Shown in pieces: positions 48,593 through 58,583 of a stretch of 64,000 bases of DNA. Every line of letters begins with the position of its first letter. Within the stretch, counting starts at the first letter, position 1. Origin of the DNA: Pseudomonadales bacterium (GTDB taxonomy: Bacteria; Pseudomonadota; Gammaproteobacteria; Pseudomonadales; GM7GCV1); contig OZ244871.1 in assembly GCA_965221105.1 (NCBI GenBank), forward strand, positions 767,673 through 831,672, read 5' to 3'. The position numbers and the translations under genes were made by a program. The notes beneath the pieces were generated by a model. The model saw only the letters and a program-made list of their open reading frames with translations, did no database searches and was not told the DNA's origin.

Positions 48593-49675
48593 CTATCGTG
48601 CCTCAGCGGGCATGTCGTCAATCTCTATCGCCTCACCGTGCTGGAGTGCATTCAGGCCAGCCACCACAATCCGGGAATCCATGTCCATAGTGGCCGGTAT
48701 CTGCGAATCGCGACCTGGCTGCACATTCTCCAGAGGCCAGAATTCGGCCTGCCCCCCGACAGCCAGAAACAACCCCAGGCGGCCTTCACGACTGGTCACA
48801 TAGCGGGCAGGGACAAACCTGCGGGCATCAAGCCAGACCAGTTTGCCTGCGGCACCTGGCAGCGGATGTCCGCCCTCGAATGTCAGCCGAACTTCTTGAC
48901 TGCGCGTAACCGGGTTGATGACATCCAGTCGGCTGCGCAACACTGCCGGCCAGTGATCACCTGCGCGAAATACAAATGATGTCGACCTATCCAGATAACC
49001 CGCATCACCGACATTGATCTGGGCCGAAAGCTCAATATTGTTTCGGTCGACCAGGCCAATCAGCTCGGTCCCTGGGCTCACCAATTGCCCTTCTGCGACA
49101 AGCCGCTCTGAAACCAACCCGGGAAACGGGGCTCGCACATCACAACGCTCCACTGCCAACTGGGCCCGGTCGAGCCCTGCATGTGCCGCATCGCTGTCGG
49201 CCGCGAGTGCATCGCGATCCGCGGCGCGGGCATCCCGATCTTCTCTGGATGCCAGATTTTGTTCCAGCAGGCGGGAAAATCGTTCCAGCTGGGTTTCAGC
49301 CAGCTGCAGGCGTGCCTGGGCCGATTTCAGATGTGCCTGGGCAGCTCTCAGATCAAGGTGGTAGTCCGCACAATCCAGCTGTACCAGAACCTGCCCCTGT
49401 GCCACATGATCACCAACCAATACAGGAATTGAAAGTACCTGGGCATCCAGCCTGGAGCTGATGGTGCTTTGATTGAGACTGACAACCGTCGCCGGTGCGC
49501 TGCGTTCCGGGTGGTACGTCAGTTCTTTGAGGGGGCGAACTGAAACGAGCGAAGTTTGTTCAGCCTGTACCGGGCCAGCATTCACCCAAATCCAGAGCAC
49601 CAGCAATATGCGACTCCACATAACGACAGCTATACCTGTAATTGAGCGTAAAGATGGTTGAGGCGGGATATGCAA
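48593..49675 (-). CDS. RND efflux periplasmic adaptor (membrane-fusion protein)
   Basis: The protein has an N-terminal anchor, a coiled-coil hairpin (LRAAQAHLKSAQARLQLAETQLER) and barrel-sandwich motifs. Confidence 0.85.
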   Translation of the reverse strand: MHIPPQPSLRSITGIAVVMWSRILLVLWIWVNAGPVQAEQTSLVSVRPLKELTYHPERSAPATVVSLNQSTISSRLDAQVLSIPVLVGDHVAQGQVLVQLDCADYHLDLRAAQAHLKSAQARLQLAETQLERFSRLLEQNLASREDRDARAADRDALAADSDAAHAGLDRAQLAVERCDVRAPFPGLVSERLVAEGQLVSPGTELIGLVDRNNIELSAQINVGDAGYLDRSTSFVFRAGDHWPAVLRSRLDVINPVTRSQEVRLTFEGGHPLPGAAGKLVWLDARRFVPARYVTSREGRLGLFLAVGGQAEFWPLENVQPGRDSQIPATMDMDSRIVVAGLNALQHGEAIEIDDMPAEAR

Positions 49676-49786
49676 ATCCGGCAGCTTTATACCACATCAG
49701 TTCCCTGTTGACACGCAGCCAAGGTTACCAGTCGCTCATATAGTGGCGATCTGGCGCGGCGCACGGGAAGATGTCCAGGAGCGAAC

Positions 49787-51190
49787 TCACAGATAGGGCG
49801 AAAAAAGCCAGGCCAAAGCATCGCGTATTTTCATCCAATACGGACGCGATTCAAGCTGCTGGATATCCGCCTGTATCGACCGCTCAAGCCGCCGCGAGAC
49901 ATACACTGATAACTCTTCATTGAAGTCTTCGCCAAAAACCTCGACGCCAAGCTCAAAATTCAGCCTGAGGCTGCGCGGATCCAGGTTGGCCGACCCCACA
50001 AGGGAATAGTTATCATCAATCAACAGCAACTTGGTATGGTTGAACGGGGGCTGCTGGAGATAGACCTTGATATTGCGGCCCAGAATGAACTTGAGATTGT
50101 GTTGCGCTGCCCAGTGCGCCAGGTGAACATTGGTTCGAGACGGCAGAACGACTTTCACGTCCACACCACGCAGCCTGGCACCAACAAGTGCACCGACCAG
50201 ATCGAGACCTGGCAGGAAGTAGGGTGTCATGATCCAGATTCGTCTTCTTGCCAGCGCCAACGCACCGACAAGCACCTCATTGAGCTTGTCCAGATTTTCG
50301 TTGGGCCCGCTCAGGACCAGCCGCGCCCAGGCACCCGCCTCCTGAGGTTCTGCCCGCGCCGGCGCGGCTGAATTCGCCGGCCCGGCGTGCCTGTCCTCGC
50401 CCCAGTCCCTGAGAAAAGACAGCGCCAGATCCTCGACGATTCTGCCCCGCATGCGAAAGTGCAAATCCTGGGTGGGCTGCTTGTTGCTGGCCATTCTCAG
50501 CATGTGCCGGGCACTGATGTTCTGACCGCCGGTATATGCGACATCTCCATCCAGAACTATTATCTTGCGGTGGTTCCGCATATTGATGTGCAGTGATGGA
50601 GGCACGAGTGTAACCGGGTTGAAATAGCGGAAATTCAGGCCATGCTTCTTCAACAGCCGTCCGATGCCAGGGGGATATATCAGGCCACTCACCCCATCCA
50701 CGATGATACGCACATCCAGACCTCTGTCTCTCGCCTTCGCCAGGGCTTCTACCACTGCCTTGCCCGTTGCGTCGTTTTGAAATATGTACGTGGAGCAGTA
50801 GACATACCGAAGTGCCCTGCCGATATCCTCCTGCAGGCGCGGATAGAAACCCTCCCCGTTTTCAAGCACGGAGATCTGGTCGCAGTTCCTAAGCCCGGCT
50901 CCGGTAACGCTTTTACCGACGAGAGCCAGGGGCAGCAACGCCGGGTCTGCCGCCTCTTCCTGCAGCTTCCCGGCATCAGGGTCCGGTCCCGGCAGATACG
51001 CCCTCTGCGCACGCGCTCTGACACGATTGATACCAAAGACGAGATACGCCAGCGGACCAGCCACAGGGATCGCCAGACAGACGGTGATCCAGGCAAGCGC
51101 CGAAGTCGAATCACGCTTGGTCAAAAGGGCGTGCAATGCCGCAACGATGGCGACCAGGCCAACCCCGGCACTGAGCAGAACCAGCAGCAT
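49787..51190 (-). CDS. cls: Cardiolipin synthase (PLD superfamily, two HKD motifs)
   Basis: Two N-terminal TM helices are followed by the HKD motifs HRKIIVLDGDVAYTGGQN and HTKLLLIDDNYSLVGSANLD. Confidence 0.85.
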   Translation of the reverse strand: MLLVLLSAGVGLVAIVAALHALLTKRDSTSALAWITVCLAIPVAGPLAYLVFGINRVRARAQRAYLPGPDPDAGKLQEEAADPALLPLALVGKSVTGAGLRNCDQISVLENGEGFYPRLQEDIGRALRYVYCSTYIFQNDATGKAVVEALAKARDRGLDVRIIVDGVSGLIYPPGIGRLLKKHGLNFRYFNPVTLVPPSLHINMRNHRKIIVLDGDVAYTGGQNISARHMLRMASNKQPTQDLHFRMRGRIVEDLALSFLRDWGEDRHAGPANSAAPARAEPQEAGAWARLVLSGPNENLDKLNEVLVGALALARRRIWIMTPYFLPGLDLVGALVGARLRGVDVKVVLPSRTNVHLAHWAAQHNLKFILGRNIKVYLQQPPFNHTKLLLIDDNYSLVGSANLDPRSLRLNFELGVEVFGEDFNEELSVYVSRRLERSIQADIQQLESRPYWMKIRDALAWLFSPYL

Positions 51191-51195
51191 GGCCC

Positions 51196-52005
51196 CTACT
51201 CCGATGCAGCCGCCCGGCTGTTATCAGTATCAAGCCGAATATCGGCCATCAGTGCACAGTGATCCGATATCTCGCGCCAGGGGAGCCCATCCAGAACCTC
51301 GGCATCCCGCACCTGGAAGCCACGCACATAAATCCGGTCCATGTGCAGAATCGGCAACCGGGACGGAAAGGTTCTGGCCAGCCTGGAGTACCTTTGCTGA
51401 AAGGCTTCATAAAGCCCCAGTTCCTGGCTTAACCCGGGGTGCACAGCAGTGCGCCAGTCGTTGAAGTCTCCAGCCAGTATCAAGGGTGCCCCAGCCGGGA
51501 TCGAAGACGAGATGTAATCGGCCAACATGGCTGCCTGTTTGCCGCGCTCGCGTCTCAGGAGTCCCAGGTGGACACAGAGCAGGTGAACACCATTCTCCAG
51601 TTGACCATGGAGAATCCCGCGTCGCGAGAAACTGGTCGTGGAAACATCCACATTTTTCAGGCTGTCAAATGGCAGCTCGCTGAGAATGGCGTTGCCGTGA
51701 TGACCATGCTGGTAGATCGCATTCTTGCCGTAGGCATAGTGATCCCAGACGGAATCAGCCAGATATTCAAACTGGTTCGTATCCGGCCAGTCTGCTACGG
51801 CATCACGATGGATATCATGTTCACCGACAACTTCCTGCAGAAAAACAATGTTGCTGCCCGATTCACGCAGACATTTACGAATGTCCTCAAGGGTAAACCG
51901 CCTGTTTGCGGCCGAGAACCCCTTGTGTATATTCAGCGTCAACACCCTGAAGTCGCGTATGTGCCGGATTGATCCGAACGGTTCGACCTGCGTCAAATGC
52001 TTCAA
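51196..52005 (-). CDS. Endonuclease/exonuclease/phosphatase (EEP) family protein
   Basis: EEP motifs are present (LTLNIHKG, FLQEV, GDFND, SDHCAL). The gene is paired with cls, as ybhP is with clsB in E. coli. Confidence 0.8.
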   Translation of the reverse strand: MKHLTQVEPFGSIRHIRDFRVLTLNIHKGFSAANRRFTLEDIRKCLRESGSNIVFLQEVVGEHDIHRDAVADWPDTNQFEYLADSVWDHYAYGKNAIYQHGHHGNAILSELPFDSLKNVDVSTTSFSRRGILHGQLENGVHLLCVHLGLLRRERGKQAAMLADYISSSIPAGAPLILAGDFNDWRTAVHPGLSQELGLYEAFQQRYSRLARTFPSRLPILHMDRIYVRGFQVRDAEVLDGLPWREISDHCALMADIRLDTDNSRAAASE

Positions 52006-52082
52006 TCTCCTGTGTCATTACCCGTATAATCGGGTCGCAGCGGTTATTTTCATTCATTTTGTCAGATTATTGGAGGTCCATA

Positions 52083-52406
52083 GTGGATCTGAACGAAGTC
52101 CGCGAGACATTGCTTGACCTGCAAAAGGAACTTGAGTTGCGGGTGGAGCGCACCCACCGCCACACCTACGGGCGAGACGAGCCGGTCAGCGCAAACTTCA
52201 GCGAACAGGCGAAACAAACCGAAAACGATGAACTGGTGATGAATCTGGAGGCCGACGGGCTCCGTGAGATTGCACAAATCAGGGCTGCACTGAGGCGCAT
52301 AGACGAGAAGAGATACGGCATCTGCGCGTATTGCGGTAAACCAATCAACGAGCAGCGGCTCCAGGCAATTCCCTACACCAACAGCTGCATAGACTGCGCA
52401 GACTGA
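52083..52406 (+). CDS. DksA/TraR-family C4 zinc-finger protein
   Basis: The zinc-finger motif is CAYCGKPINEQRLQAIPYTNSCIDCA. I prefer the GTG at 52083 because a GGAGG lies just upstream. The ORF track extends to 51969. Confidence 0.75.
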   Translation: MDLNEVRETLLDLQKELELRVERTHRHTYGRDEPVSANFSEQAKQTENDELVMNLEADGLREIAQIRAALRRIDEKRYGICAYCGKPINEQRLQAIPYTNSCIDCAD

Positions 52407-52571
52407 GCAACCGACTCTCGACCTCTCAGCACTCCAGTTTGAGCCGCATATTCAGTCTGGCAGGCAGCGGTCCCCCTGTAGAAAGCGTAATCAAAAAATA
52501 TCCCAATCGAATGGAAAATCGCCCCGGAATATTTAAACTGCCGCACCACACCAGCAGCTCAGCCGCCCCTG

Positions 52572-53687
52572 ATGACGGCTCATACCCTTATGAACTTGGT
52601 CACTCTTGCCTTATTTTCTATCCTGTTTTTCGTTCTCTTCGCTCTGGCGCTGTATGTGTCTCTCAAGGCAGTTGAGAAACTTATATGGCTGCGCCCCCTG
52701 CCCTGTCTGCGCATCGCAATCCTGATCAGTCTCATCTATCAGCCCGCAGTTTTTGGGATTCCCTTCATTCACGACGGCCTGTACCGACTTCTCCTGAACT
52801 TTTTGGGCCTGGTGTCCTTTGGGTTTTTTTTCGGTCTGGCTGCCTTGGCTTTCTACGCCGCGACACGGCTGCTGTTCGCCCCCGACTCCCGCTGGGGAAT
52901 CAGGCTGCGTCGGCTTCAAGGAGCGGCTTTCGCACTGTTGTGGGGGGGCTCGGTTGTTCTCGGCATCTACAACTTCCACAAACCTGAGACCGTTGTGCGT
53001 TTCACCCTCTCAAGCGACAAACTGACCGAGGAGGTGCGCTTTGTGCAGTTCACCGATCTGCACTATGGAACAACGTCACGACAGGAAATGCAGGAAAAAA
53101 TGCGTCTGGTGTATGCCCAGGATCCGGACTTCATCGTTTTTGTGGGTGACCTCGTTGATTTTGAAGGCTATACGACCGATGACTTCTCTATCCTGGCAGA
53201 GAGTCCGGTGCCCATCTTTTTTGAGCGCGGCAATCACGAGTTCTACCACGACTCAAGCCGTCTCCTGCAGGACCTGGAGTCAATCGGCCCTGTCAGGCTG
53301 TTGATGAACCAGCGCGCCCGGTGGGGTGAAATTGATATCGTTGGTATCGATTTCGGCGATGAACCGGGGCATCTGGCAACCCGCCTGGCGGAACTTCCGC
53401 TGGATGCAGGACGTTTCTCGATCTTGCTGTATCACGAGCCTCGAGATGTCGAAGTCGGTGTCGAACACGGCTTTGATCTGTTGCTCTTTGGCCACATTCA
53501 TGGAGGACAAATCTGGCCCTACACCCTCGTTGTTGACTGGATGTATACCTACGCCGATGGTCTGTTCACATTGGGCGACAGTACCATCTATACCAGCGAC
53601 GGAGTCTCCCTCTGGGGGCCGCGAATGCGCCTGGGCTCACAGAACGAGATAGTCGTCTTCACTCTGTCGCCACAATCGCCAAATTAA
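52572..53687 (+). CDS. Membrane-anchored metallophosphoesterase (YaeI-like)
   Basis: The N-terminal TM helices are followed by calcineurin-like motifs (DLHYG, GDLVD, GNHE, GHIHGG). Confidence 0.8.
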   Translation: MTAHTLMNLVTLALFSILFFVLFALALYVSLKAVEKLIWLRPLPCLRIAILISLIYQPAVFGIPFIHDGLYRLLLNFLGLVSFGFFFGLAALAFYAATRLLFAPDSRWGIRLRRLQGAAFALLWGGSVVLGIYNFHKPETVVRFTLSSDKLTEEVRFVQFTDLHYGTTSRQEMQEKMRLVYAQDPDFIVFVGDLVDFEGYTTDDFSILAESPVPIFFERGNHEFYHDSSRLLQDLESIGPVRLLMNQRARWGEIDIVGIDFGDEPGHLATRLAELPLDAGRFSILLYHEPRDVEVGVEHGFDLLLFGHIHGGQIWPYTLVVDWMYTYADGLFTLGDSTIYTSDGVSLWGPRMRLGSQNEIVVFTLSPQSPN

Positions 53688-55093
53688 CTGACAGTAACCT
53701 CTGCGTCTTTTGAGAAACTGTGAGCTGCCGAAGCAAACAAAAACGCTGCTCCGATAAAGAAAAGCACCGTAATGGTAATCGAGATACGCAATCCTCCTGC
53801 GCTGGCAGCCGCGCAGATATCAAGTTGTGCGGGGTCCAGTCCGGTTGAAGTGCCCTTGCAGATCGCAAGACTCAGGTCCGGAATTGCCTTCAGATTGGCT
53901 GAAGCCACCTGATCACTCACCCAGCCGACAAAGAGTGGGCCCAGTCCGTAGCCAATCAAATTGACGACGAACAGCATCACCGCAACCGCGGTTGCTCGCG
54001 CACGCGCCGAGGCCACAGCGCCAAGTGCTGCGTACATGGGGCCCAAAAACCAGTACTGGAAAAAATTGGCCAGCAACAGCAAGGGGAAGATATAGGCCAC
54101 GACACCACTATTGAAGGCAGCCACAAACGCCAGGGAGGAGACAATCAGGGACGCTGAGCTGAACCAGAGGCCAGCCTCCGGTCGGCCTCCGGCAATCTTG
54201 CCGACCAGGACGCCACAGAGCGAAGTCCCGACAGCGCCGGCAAGTGCGAGTGGTGCCATGTAGAGGAGTGCCGCTTCGGGCACAGAAATGCCATGGTTGC
54301 GCACCAGGAAGGAAATGACAAAGTTCCCCATTCCATAGCTGACAAAAGAAGCCAGCGTCGAGCCCAGAGTGATACCCCAAAATGTCCATTTGCGGCCAAC
54401 CTCCGTGAGGGTTGACTTGAGACCAGCTGCTTTGGGAGCAACATAGCCAACGGGGTCCGAATATCCTCGAGGAACCTCTTTTATGGTACACAGGATCACC
54501 AGACCAACGGGTATCCCGGCCGCACCGATGATAATGAATGTCTGCTGCCAACTCACCTGACTTCCGGTCAGCCCAACGAAGAGGTTCGCCAGGCACATAC
54601 CCACCGTAATGCCGGTCGCATAGATGGCTAAAGCCCGAGTCCGTGATGCGGGCTTGAAATAGTCCGAGAGCAGTGAGTTTGCCGGGGGAGTCAATCCGGC
54701 CTCGCCAACACCGACTCCGAGCCGAAAGGCGAACAGCATCCAGAAACTGGTCGCCAATCCGCAGAGAATGGTCATTGCGCTCCAGAGAATGATGGCACCG
54801 CCGATGATCCATACTCGATTCGCATGCTCGGAGAGTCGCGCTATGGGGATACCCAACGAAGTGTAGAAGAGCGCAAAAGCCACACCGCTCAGCAAACCGA
54901 ACTGCGTATCGGTCAGACTGAAGTGAATGATGATCGGTTCGGCGAGAACGCCGATCATGATTCGGTCAATAAAATTGAGCACGTAGGCCAGCAGCAGGGC
55001 TCCAAGAACGTAGGCCCTGTAACCCGGTGTGCCAAAACCCTCCCTGGACCCGTCCGATATGGACGTCAATGGTAGTTCGCTGCTTTGAGTCAA
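53684..55093 (-). CDS. MFS transporter
   Basis: The protein is a 12-TM-type hydrophobic protein with an MFS signature-like segment (DRIMIG and neighbouring residues) near TM2-3. Confidence 0.8.
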   Translation of the reverse strand: MTQSSELPLTSISDGSREGFGTPGYRAYVLGALLLAYVLNFIDRIMIGVLAEPIIIHFSLTDTQFGLLSGVAFALFYTSLGIPIARLSEHANRVWIIGGAIILWSAMTILCGLATSFWMLFAFRLGVGVGEAGLTPPANSLLSDYFKPASRTRALAIYATGITVGMCLANLFVGLTGSQVSWQQTFIIIGAAGIPVGLVILCTIKEVPRGYSDPVGYVAPKAAGLKSTLTEVGRKWTFWGITLGSTLASFVSYGMGNFVISFLVRNHGISVPEAALLYMAPLALAGAVGTSLCGVLVGKIAGGRPEAGLWFSSASLIVSSLAFVAAFNSGVVAYIFPLLLLANFFQYWFLGPMYAALGAVASARARATAVAVMLFVVNLIGYGLGPLFVGWVSDQVASANLKAIPDLSLAICKGTSTGLDPAQLDICAAASAGGLRISITITVLFFIGAAFLFASAAHSFSKDAEVTVS

Positions 55094-55330
55094 AACGATC
55101 TGCCCTTATGTGTGCCGCGCAGCTGAACGGGTTTGAACACGGAAACCATCAACCGAAAGCCCGCTTCTATGAGCAGGTACTCTGTGACCAAGCCCGAATT
55201 CGATGCGCTTCCTGTCTCCAGCCCGACAGACGACCCTCCGATGAGTCAGGAGGCCGGGGTACGGCTGACCAATCGCCGACCTGATGAAACCGGTGGTTAC
55301 TCGCTCGCAGGCGCTTCTCACTGACCGGGC

Positions 55331-56644
55331 CTACCGGTTGAGGCTCCCTCTGCCAAAGCGTTCAACAAAGTCAGTCAATTCAATCTGAAAATCATCGGCA
55401 CTATGAAACTCTGCATCCGTCATCCCGGGCTGCTCCTGCTCCCTGTACCAGCCGGCATACTCGGGTGTATCAAAGCTGGTTTTTCGGTAATGAGTTGAAT
55501 AGGTTGTCACCCCTATAACCGGAAGATCTGCGTTCATGTCAAACCGCATGAAACGCATCCATCCGTCGCCTATACCCCGCCATAGATTGGATTCGACCCC
55601 AGCGGAAATCGCCGCCTGTGCCCGGCCCTGATAATCCGCGAGCACCTGCCAGACCAAATACCCTGAACTGTTTTCGTCGACCCGCATACCCTGACCGTAC
55701 TGATGGCCACAGAGCACCAAAAAAATCTGATCATGCTGGCGAATAAACTTGTCCCACAGCATCTGCGGTGAATTATTCATTGGATCCACCCTGTTCCCGT
55801 CAATCAGGGGATTGGACTCGCGGCGGCCCTTGCTGTTTATGTAGTCGTGCGTGGAGACAATGGTCGGCAGTCCCGGGAAGCGCTGTATCACCTGTGCAGC
55901 CCAGTCCAGTGAACTGTCGGGCGGGGCAAACTGCAACCCGATATGCAAAAACCTGTAGCCGCCCGCAGTAAATATCTGCGCGCTGTCAGCGCCCCCATCA
56001 TTGGAAGCGACATACCATTCCCTGTCCCTGAAAAATCCTGTCCTGGCACCAAACACTGCTCTGAAATTACTTAATCCACCCGGGTGGGCCACCCCAAGAG
56101 TCGATATGTCATGGACATCAATCTCCTCGGCATGGGGGTGGCTGGCATCGGTCCACACCGCATCGTAGTCGTGGTTGCCGGGCACCACCGAAAAGGGCAC
56201 CTTGCCAGCGATCAGGGAAAACCCCGCATGGGCTTTGTGCATCTCCACGGTCAGCGCCTTTGAAGTTGGAGGACTGAATTTTTCGATCAGCGAGTCAGGT
56301 GCAGCCCTGAAACCACGCATATAGTGCTCGGGGTCCATTGCCAGAGTCTGGTGTTGCCAAACATCTCCAACCGATGTCACGAAGGAGATTTCTCCGCCCG
56401 CACTCTCCACATTGTCAGCGATAAACTGCATCTGCTCGATAAACAGCTCACTGGCATCGAACGGAAATCCCTCTGCCCTTTGATGGGTGTAATCGAGGTA
56501 GTTCTGCGTGTCCGGGATCACGGCAACAGTAAAAGTGTGTTCAAGGCCGTCATCTGCAAACAGTCCGGCCGCATGAACGGGCGTTGCACAGGCAACAGCC
56601 AGAAACACAATCACAGCGGACACCCGGCTGGCAACAGTGTTCAT
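55331..56644 (-). CDS. Secreted calcineurin-like metallophosphoesterase
   Basis: The signal peptide is MNTVASRVSAVIVFLAVACATPVHA. Phosphoesterase motifs are present (IPDTQNY, GDVWQH, PGNHDYD). I chose the ATG at 56644 because the native SD GAGGAG is found across the IS insertion (see findings). Confidence 0.8.
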   Translation of the reverse strand: MNTVASRVSAVIVFLAVACATPVHAAGLFADDGLEHTFTVAVIPDTQNYLDYTHQRAEGFPFDASELFIEQMQFIADNVESAGGEISFVTSVGDVWQHQTLAMDPEHYMRGFRAAPDSLIEKFSPPTSKALTVEMHKAHAGFSLIAGKVPFSVVPGNHDYDAVWTDASHPHAEEIDVHDISTLGVAHPGGLSNFRAVFGARTGFFRDREWYVASNDGGADSAQIFTAGGYRFLHIGLQFAPPDSSLDWAAQVIQRFPGLPTIVSTHDYINSKGRRESNPLIDGNRVDPMNNSPQMLWDKFIRQHDQIFLVLCGHQYGQGMRVDENSSGYLVWQVLADYQGRAQAAISAGVESNLWRGIGDGWMRFMRFDMNADLPVIGVTTYSTHYRKTSFDTPEYAGWYREQEQPGMTDAEFHSADDFQIELTDFVERFGRGSLNR

Positions 56645-56650
56645 ACGAAA

Positions 56651-57965
56651 GGGAATTATATACGTGACAGCCACGCTACTGTTCTATGCGGCACGGCGGG
56701 TACTCCCGCCGATCAATTCACCATCAGGCCGCATACCGGGGGCTTTCCCGCCCGACGAGCTAAGCTCCCTGATGTTGAGTGCGGCATTCAGGTCCCTGTC
56801 GAGACTCATGCCGCACTGTTCACACTCAAAGACCCTGTCCTTCAGGGTCAGTGATTCATGGACTGAACCACAGCCTGAACAGGTCTTCGATGTGTTCCTG
56901 GGATTCACCTTCACAACCGACCCACCGGCACTTTCAGCCGTGTAGGTCAATTGATAGACGAAGGTTCCCCACTGTTGCTCACGGAGTGATCGGTTCAATC
57001 CCTTCTTGTGACTGCCGCCATGGGCAGTCATGTTCTTGATCTTCAGGTCTTCAACCGCGAAGTGTCTGTGTCGCCTCACCAGGTCGGTTGTGGTTCTGTG
57101 CAGGGCAGTGCGCTGTCTCTCTGCGACCCTGTACGCCTCTCTGGCCAGAGATTGGCGTTTCTTATATCGGTTGTGACTGCCTCTCTTGGCTTTACTCAGT
57201 TTTCGCTGCAGACGCTTCTGTCGGGTGGTATCAATCACCACCTTCGGCACTGACTCGCCAGTCGAGAGGGTGGCCTGTGCCTTCACGCCAACATCAATAC
57301 CGACGACGGGAGACTGATCAACCGATACCTCCCGCTCCTGCTCACAGACACACTGAACCATGACGCGGACAGGCGTTGTCACAATGCGAACCAGCGTGAT
57401 CTCACCCTCTGGCACCGCCTTCACAATGAACCTGCCAAAGCCCTTGATCTGTACGGCATGCCTCGTGCCAGACGCGAAGAGACGAAAACTGGATGTTTCA
57501 AATGACCGGATGCCCCGGTGCCTGCCCTTGAATCTCGGAAAGCCACCCTGCCTGAAGAATCGCTTGAATGATCTATCCAGTCTGTACAGGACAGATCGGA
57601 ACGGCTGTACACCATAGCTGCTCATTTCAGCATCATCTCTGCGTATCTGAGTGAATGACTTATAGTGATCGTACAGGCCGATTGACTCACCAGCCTTCCG
57701 ATACGCATTGATGCGCTCATCAAGGGCGGCGTTGTACAGTTGTCGGGAGAGATACAGGAACCTGTCCAACCGCTGATGCGTTGCGCGAGATAGCTGTGCA
57801 GTCTGACTGTGAGTGCGTATCATCCGCATCGGTGTGGTCGCTCTATCAGGCGTTTGAGGGAGCTGTTTCGAGCAGCTATTCACGCACCTTAATATCATCT
57901 GGGCACTGGTGCAACTCAGGTATAGAATGGGAATTATAGCTGTGGCTGTCACGTATATAATTCCC
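56651..57965 (-). mobile_element. TnpB-only insertion element (1,315 bp) with 24-bp terminal inverted repeats
   Basis: gggaattatatacgtgacagccac at 56651-56674 is the exact reverse complement of 57942-57965. An 8-bp direct repeat atacgaaa flanks the element at 56643-56650 and 57966-57973. Confidence 0.8.
56684..57829 (-). CDS. tnpB: TnpB (IS200/IS605-family OrfB, RNA-guided nuclease family)
   Basis: RuvC-I is VGIDVGVK and RuvC-II is AVEDLKIKNM. A zinc finger (CSGCG...CEQCG) and RuvC-III (DRDLNAALNI) are also present. I prefer the start at MRMIRTH (57829), because the ORF-track N-terminal extension reads through the terminal repeat. Confidence 0.85.
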   Translation of the reverse strand: MRMIRTHSQTAQLSRATHQRLDRFLYLSRQLYNAALDERINAYRKAGESIGLYDHYKSFTQIRRDDAEMSSYGVQPFRSVLYRLDRSFKRFFRQGGFPRFKGRHRGIRSFETSSFRLFASGTRHAVQIKGFGRFIVKAVPEGEITLVRIVTTPVRVMVQCVCEQEREVSVDQSPVVGIDVGVKAQATLSTGESVPKVVIDTTRQKRLQRKLSKAKRGSHNRYKKRQSLAREAYRVAERQRTALHRTTTDLVRRHRHFAVEDLKIKNMTAHGGSHKKGLNRSLREQQWGTFVYQLTYTAESAGGSVVKVNPRNTSKTCSGCGSVHESLTLKDRVFECEQCGMSLDRDLNAALNIRELSSSGGKAPGMRPDGELIGGSTRRAA

Positions 57966-58175
57966 ATACGAAACTCCTCTTCAATGAATCCGCACATCAA
58001 CCAAACGGTTCGCCGCGCACAACCCACCGGGCTCGAGATACAATCCCGGTGCCGGGATCATCGTCCGCAGTGTATGTGCCAATCTGAGTTGGGATTGCCT
58101 GCGTCATACACCACCAACGGCAAGGCGGTCTCTCAGTCCTTCGTTTTCGGGGCTGAAAGGCGATTCAGAGGCTGT

Positions 58176-58583
58176 CTAATCATCCGCTGCTGCGAGAGCT
58201 TCCAGACGCGCTTTTGCGGCATCGCTGGGCACGTGATTGAACGCAGCAAGAATGGCCGCGAGCTCGCGCACAGTATCGGGTTCCTCAGAGTCCGCGGCGA
58301 TCATTTCCAGCTTCTCCTTGTCTGCTGCAGATACCGCATGTTCAATGCCTGCAATGGCCGTGGCTATGGTCTTTTCCGCTGCCGTCGCAGCGTCGTCCTG
58401 AGCGATGATGCCCAGTGTCTCCTTGGCTGCATCATCAGGAAAATGTTGCAGGCCAGCCACAATGCCTGCCATGGTGCGAACCGCGTTCGGCTCATCCCCC
58501 TGTGCAGGCGCCGCGACCATGAGTGTCGTGAGCAGGCTCAGCCAAAAACTGCGTCGCAGAACACCATCGAATACATTCGCCAT
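58176..58583 (-). CDS. Small secreted protein with three internal repeats of about 37 aa, function unknown
   Basis: The signal peptide is MANVFDGVLRRSFWLSLLTTLMVAAPAQG. It is followed by three repeats: AGIVAGLQHFPDDAAKETL, ATAIAGIEHAVSAADKEKL and LAAILAAFNHVPSDAAKARL. Confidence 0.5.
   Translation of the reverse strand: MANVFDGVLRRSFWLSLLTTLMVAAPAQGDEPNAVRTMAGIVAGLQHFPDDAAKETLGIIAQDDAATAAEKTIATAIAGIEHAVSAADKEKLEMIAADSEEPDTVRELAAILAAFNHVPSDAAKARLEALAAADD

Noticed and set aside
55133-55324. A 63-aa ORF sits in the 237-bp gap between the MFS transporter and the phosphoesterase genes.
   Set aside because: It has no RBS, no motif and an unremarkable composition, so I cannot support it as a gene.
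56674-58027. The ORF track gives N-terminal extensions for the phosphoesterase (MAVTYIIPFR...) and for tnpB (MGCARR...MGIIYVTATA...).
   Set aside because: The extensions are translations of the element's terminal inverted repeats and flanks. Internal starts give a proper signal peptide for the phosphoesterase and a canonical N-terminus for TnpB.
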